DNA of 63,739 nucleotides, filler included, from Perkinsus chesapeaki ATCC PRA-425 (Eukaryota > Protista > Perkinsozoa): the NCBI GenBank assembly GCA_013115145.1. It is 10 parts of 10 records of this genome, joined end to end, with 100 filler letters (N's around TTAATTAATTAA, not from the genome) between each part and the next. Parts side by side here need not be neighbours in the genome. Positions count along the whole stretch, not along the records: positions 51,116 to 61,032 come from JAAPAO010000921.1; positions 61,133 to 63,739 come from JAAPAO010001565.1; 8 more parts are not named here. One strand, written 5' to 3'. The position numbers were made by a program, and so were the translations under genes. Below the pieces are notes generated by a model that was given only the letters and a program-made list of their open reading frames with translations, made no database searches and was not told the origin of the DNA. Of the stretch, positions 60,921 to 63,739 are shown in pieces. The stretch's first letter is position 1, and each line of letters opens with the position of its first letter.

Positions 60921-63739
60921 CTCGAGGGTTGCCTGTAGTGGAGAGAAATGGAGACACAATGACACAATTTGCCATTGGGTCAATAGCACACAATGCCAGA
61001 ACACCCTAATAGATGTCCAGTAGGTTCTGTATNNNNNNNNNNNNNNNNNNNNNNNNNNNNNNNNNNNNNNNNNNNNTTAATTAATTAANNNNNNNNNNNN
61101 NNNNNNNNNNNNNNNNNNNNNNNNNNNNNNNNGATTTTGGTGAAGTGAAAAGTGGAATAGGGTTTTCACTAGCGGTTCTCATATCACGGGTGCATCTCCA
61201 TTGAATTCCGCGTACCTAAGAACTTTACCGACGTGCTATCGGGTTCACAGCTTACTGTTGTATTGTGGTGGCTGAGACTCTATTGGGTGATGACGGGGAG
61301 CTTGTCGGGCCTCCGTTAGAACATTCCAAGCCGATGGCATCGGCCCGATGCTACATCGGAAGGTGGCAGACATGGTAGTCTGAAGATCTGATCATACGAT
61401 TCTGATGGAGCTCCTAGTTCAGTATCGAGACTTGATGATCGAGTGCGGCAGCCCCGTTGCAACCTTCTTTCTGTAAGCCTTCGAATCCGTACTTGCTAGG
61501 GCGTTGATACCAGGCTCTCCACACGAGTCAAGCCGCCACGCTTGATGGCGGTCGTCTTCGATCCAAGTTGAATAAGTGATTGAATTAATTACTCAAGTCA
61601 AGTCAAGACTGACAGATCTCAAGAGCGGGTGAATATCAGATATTCTACAGTCACTGACTATTCAGTAATACTGAATCAGTATCCGAGCACCGAGACGGCG
61701 TTGGACGAAGGTGCGGTGACCTGAGATGTGAGGGGTGCGATGGTTATTGGATGTTGTCTTAACTCAAGACGAGACTCTTGAGAATCTGGCTCCTATAGAT
61801 TATAGCTACTATTGTTGGTAGCTTCGGTTCCGTGACTCACGTAGTACGTGACACGTACCATAAGTCTCATGGCATGAGAATCTCATGCCATGTACTGTTG
61901 TTGGAACATTGGAAAGAGGGTACACCTTACTCTGGCTCTCTGGCGACTCGAGCGCTTGATCAGCCGGAGAATCTAGCTCGTTCGATGGGATATGCTGGGC
62001 AACTTCCAGTGCATCATCGTTCTTCACGATAGGAGGGCAGGCCCTGCCCTCCCGTCTATCCCCTACCCGGCATGAACGGCAGCAGCCGTAGCGGATGATG
62101 AAGATGAAGACGAAGATGAAGCGGGTGGAGGAGTGCCTTTGAGCGATTTGTTTTATCCCGAAGCAACTGAGAAGTCATGAGCAGTGTATCTTATATCAGG
62201 CCCGTAGCGTGCGTAGCGTTCTATGCCATCTCGCGAAGTAAATGTACTTCAGGCGTTAAATTGGTTTGTGAGTCTGTCCGTAATTTCTTATCTTTAAGCT
62301 CGTTATCACTCTCCTGTCGGGTGCGTTTCTTTGGGAGAAATGCATGGAGTGACAGACCTCTCATCACGACCAATTCCTATAAGTCTTGGATTGAAAAGTC
62401 TGATGGGAAGCGAAATGCAGCTGAACGAAGTAATATAATATATAATACTGAAGAGAACAAAAATGTGATACGAAGCTCGGGCAGTTCTCAATACTGCCCA
62501 AGAAGTCGAGCTTGATGGGAAGTCTTTCTCTGACTGAAAAAGTCTGAGGGGAGAGAAATGCAGTTCAACTGCGAATGGAGAGTCTCCATTGGAGACCGCC
62601 GGCTTCAGACCGGAGGAAAAAGTTACGGTAGAATCGATTACGCCGAAAATATGGTTAAACACGACTCGAGGTGTGTGAAAATTTTGCGGTACAGTCTTGA
62701 GGAAAATACCACAGACGATACCACTACTAAGTCACAAAATCGAAAAAGTTGTACCAAAAAAACGAATTTGCATAACGGTTTGGTTTGTGCCAATATTAAG
62801 AACCCAACTATAGTGGTTGTGGTTAATGAAGTTGTAACTGACTTATGAATTTAAGTAAAGGTGCTAGTGTGATACAGTAGCGCGCTTAAGTATCTTAGCG
62901 GCATATCACAAGGAGTTGCACGCGTGCGCAAATGGAGACAGAACAGCACAGAAAGTTAAATAACATCGGTCACTGTTCTTCTTAAGAGGGAATCTCGACC
63001 CTCGGCACAGGTTCGCACTGCATATTGATTTAACAGTTACTATGATCAATACTTAGAGTAGGATTATGAATATAATAATATTATAGTTTTTATTATTTAA
63101 TAATGTATCAAACGATGTTTCTTTAAATGGTTCAAGCTCGACAAGTCCATTGCGTACTAACCCTCCTGGTCTTCCGCCAACTATTAAAACCGGTTTGGGG
63201 AAAGATCCTACGACAAGTTTTAGCTCTTCTTCAGGCTGGATGTCTCCCCTTGGATCTCCTATCGGGTTCCGGAAATATTCCTAGTCATTGGATCATCCAG
63301 AACTTGAGAAGATCGTTGGGGATGCAGTGAGCCGGGCTATGAATAACTTGGTGCCTACTCTTGGTTTAAATGATGGTCAAGAACATTCTGCGACTTAGCC
63401 TCGAGCCGAACACCAAAACTTGCCTAGAATTCGGTCTGTATCGGCTAACGGTGACTATCAACAGGTACGGCTCGAAACTGGCCGCAAGTCTAGAGCAAAT
63501 CGTCGTCAGAGAGATGAAAATCTTGGCGCGGATGAAGCTACTGACTATTATGATAGTGGGTTGAGCGACAGCGATGAGGAGTTGTTCCCATTGTTGCCTG
63601 CTCTGGAGGGTGTGGGGTGGAGCCGTAGGCCGGACACTGATAGTACACCGGGAGTAGTTGGCTGGAACGAAACCGTGCCAAGCTACACCAGTACACATCA
63701 GTGACCGTGGCAGCCTGCAGCACATCATGCAGTGCGAAG

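Noticed and set aside
61133-63739. Short ORFs in the last contig (62306-62662, 63420-63704) and at 41173-42759
   Set aside because: No recognisable motifs, and no consistent exon chain could be built by eye.

Overview
Eukaryotic, intron-rich protist DNA. Short GT-AG introns and the gene families present point to a Perkinsus-like alveolate; that assignment is inference. The window is not one locus. It holds ten contigs joined by nine 100-nt artificial spacers (N-run, TTAATTAATTAA, N-run) plus one ordinary N gap, so neighbourhood across spacers means nothing. Recognisable genes: tRNA-Lys(CTT), a pepsin-like aspartic protease, VMA21, mitochondrial uS12, a vacuolar sorting receptor, CCR4-NOT subunit NOT3/5, an intact spliced MULE transposase, a Piwi/Argonaute, a ferric reductase, an AGMO-like fatty-acid hydroxylase, a GAS8/DRC4-like fragment, aldose 1-epimerase, a truncated subtilisin, RFC1 and a DUF4470-like pseudogene. 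There are also several minisatellites, mostly intronic. Best leads: (1) an intronless ~610-aa ORF with two tandem divergent RNase III motifs (minimal Dicer-like) abutting the terminal repeat array of the MULE; (2) a Piwi with substituted catalytic residues; (3) a strong excess of perfect palindromes centred on a single base, often chained, in non-coding DNA, resembling hairpin-type transposon excision footprints; (4) decoding-loop substitutions in mitochondrial uS12. Exon boundaries and family assignments were made by eye, without database searches.
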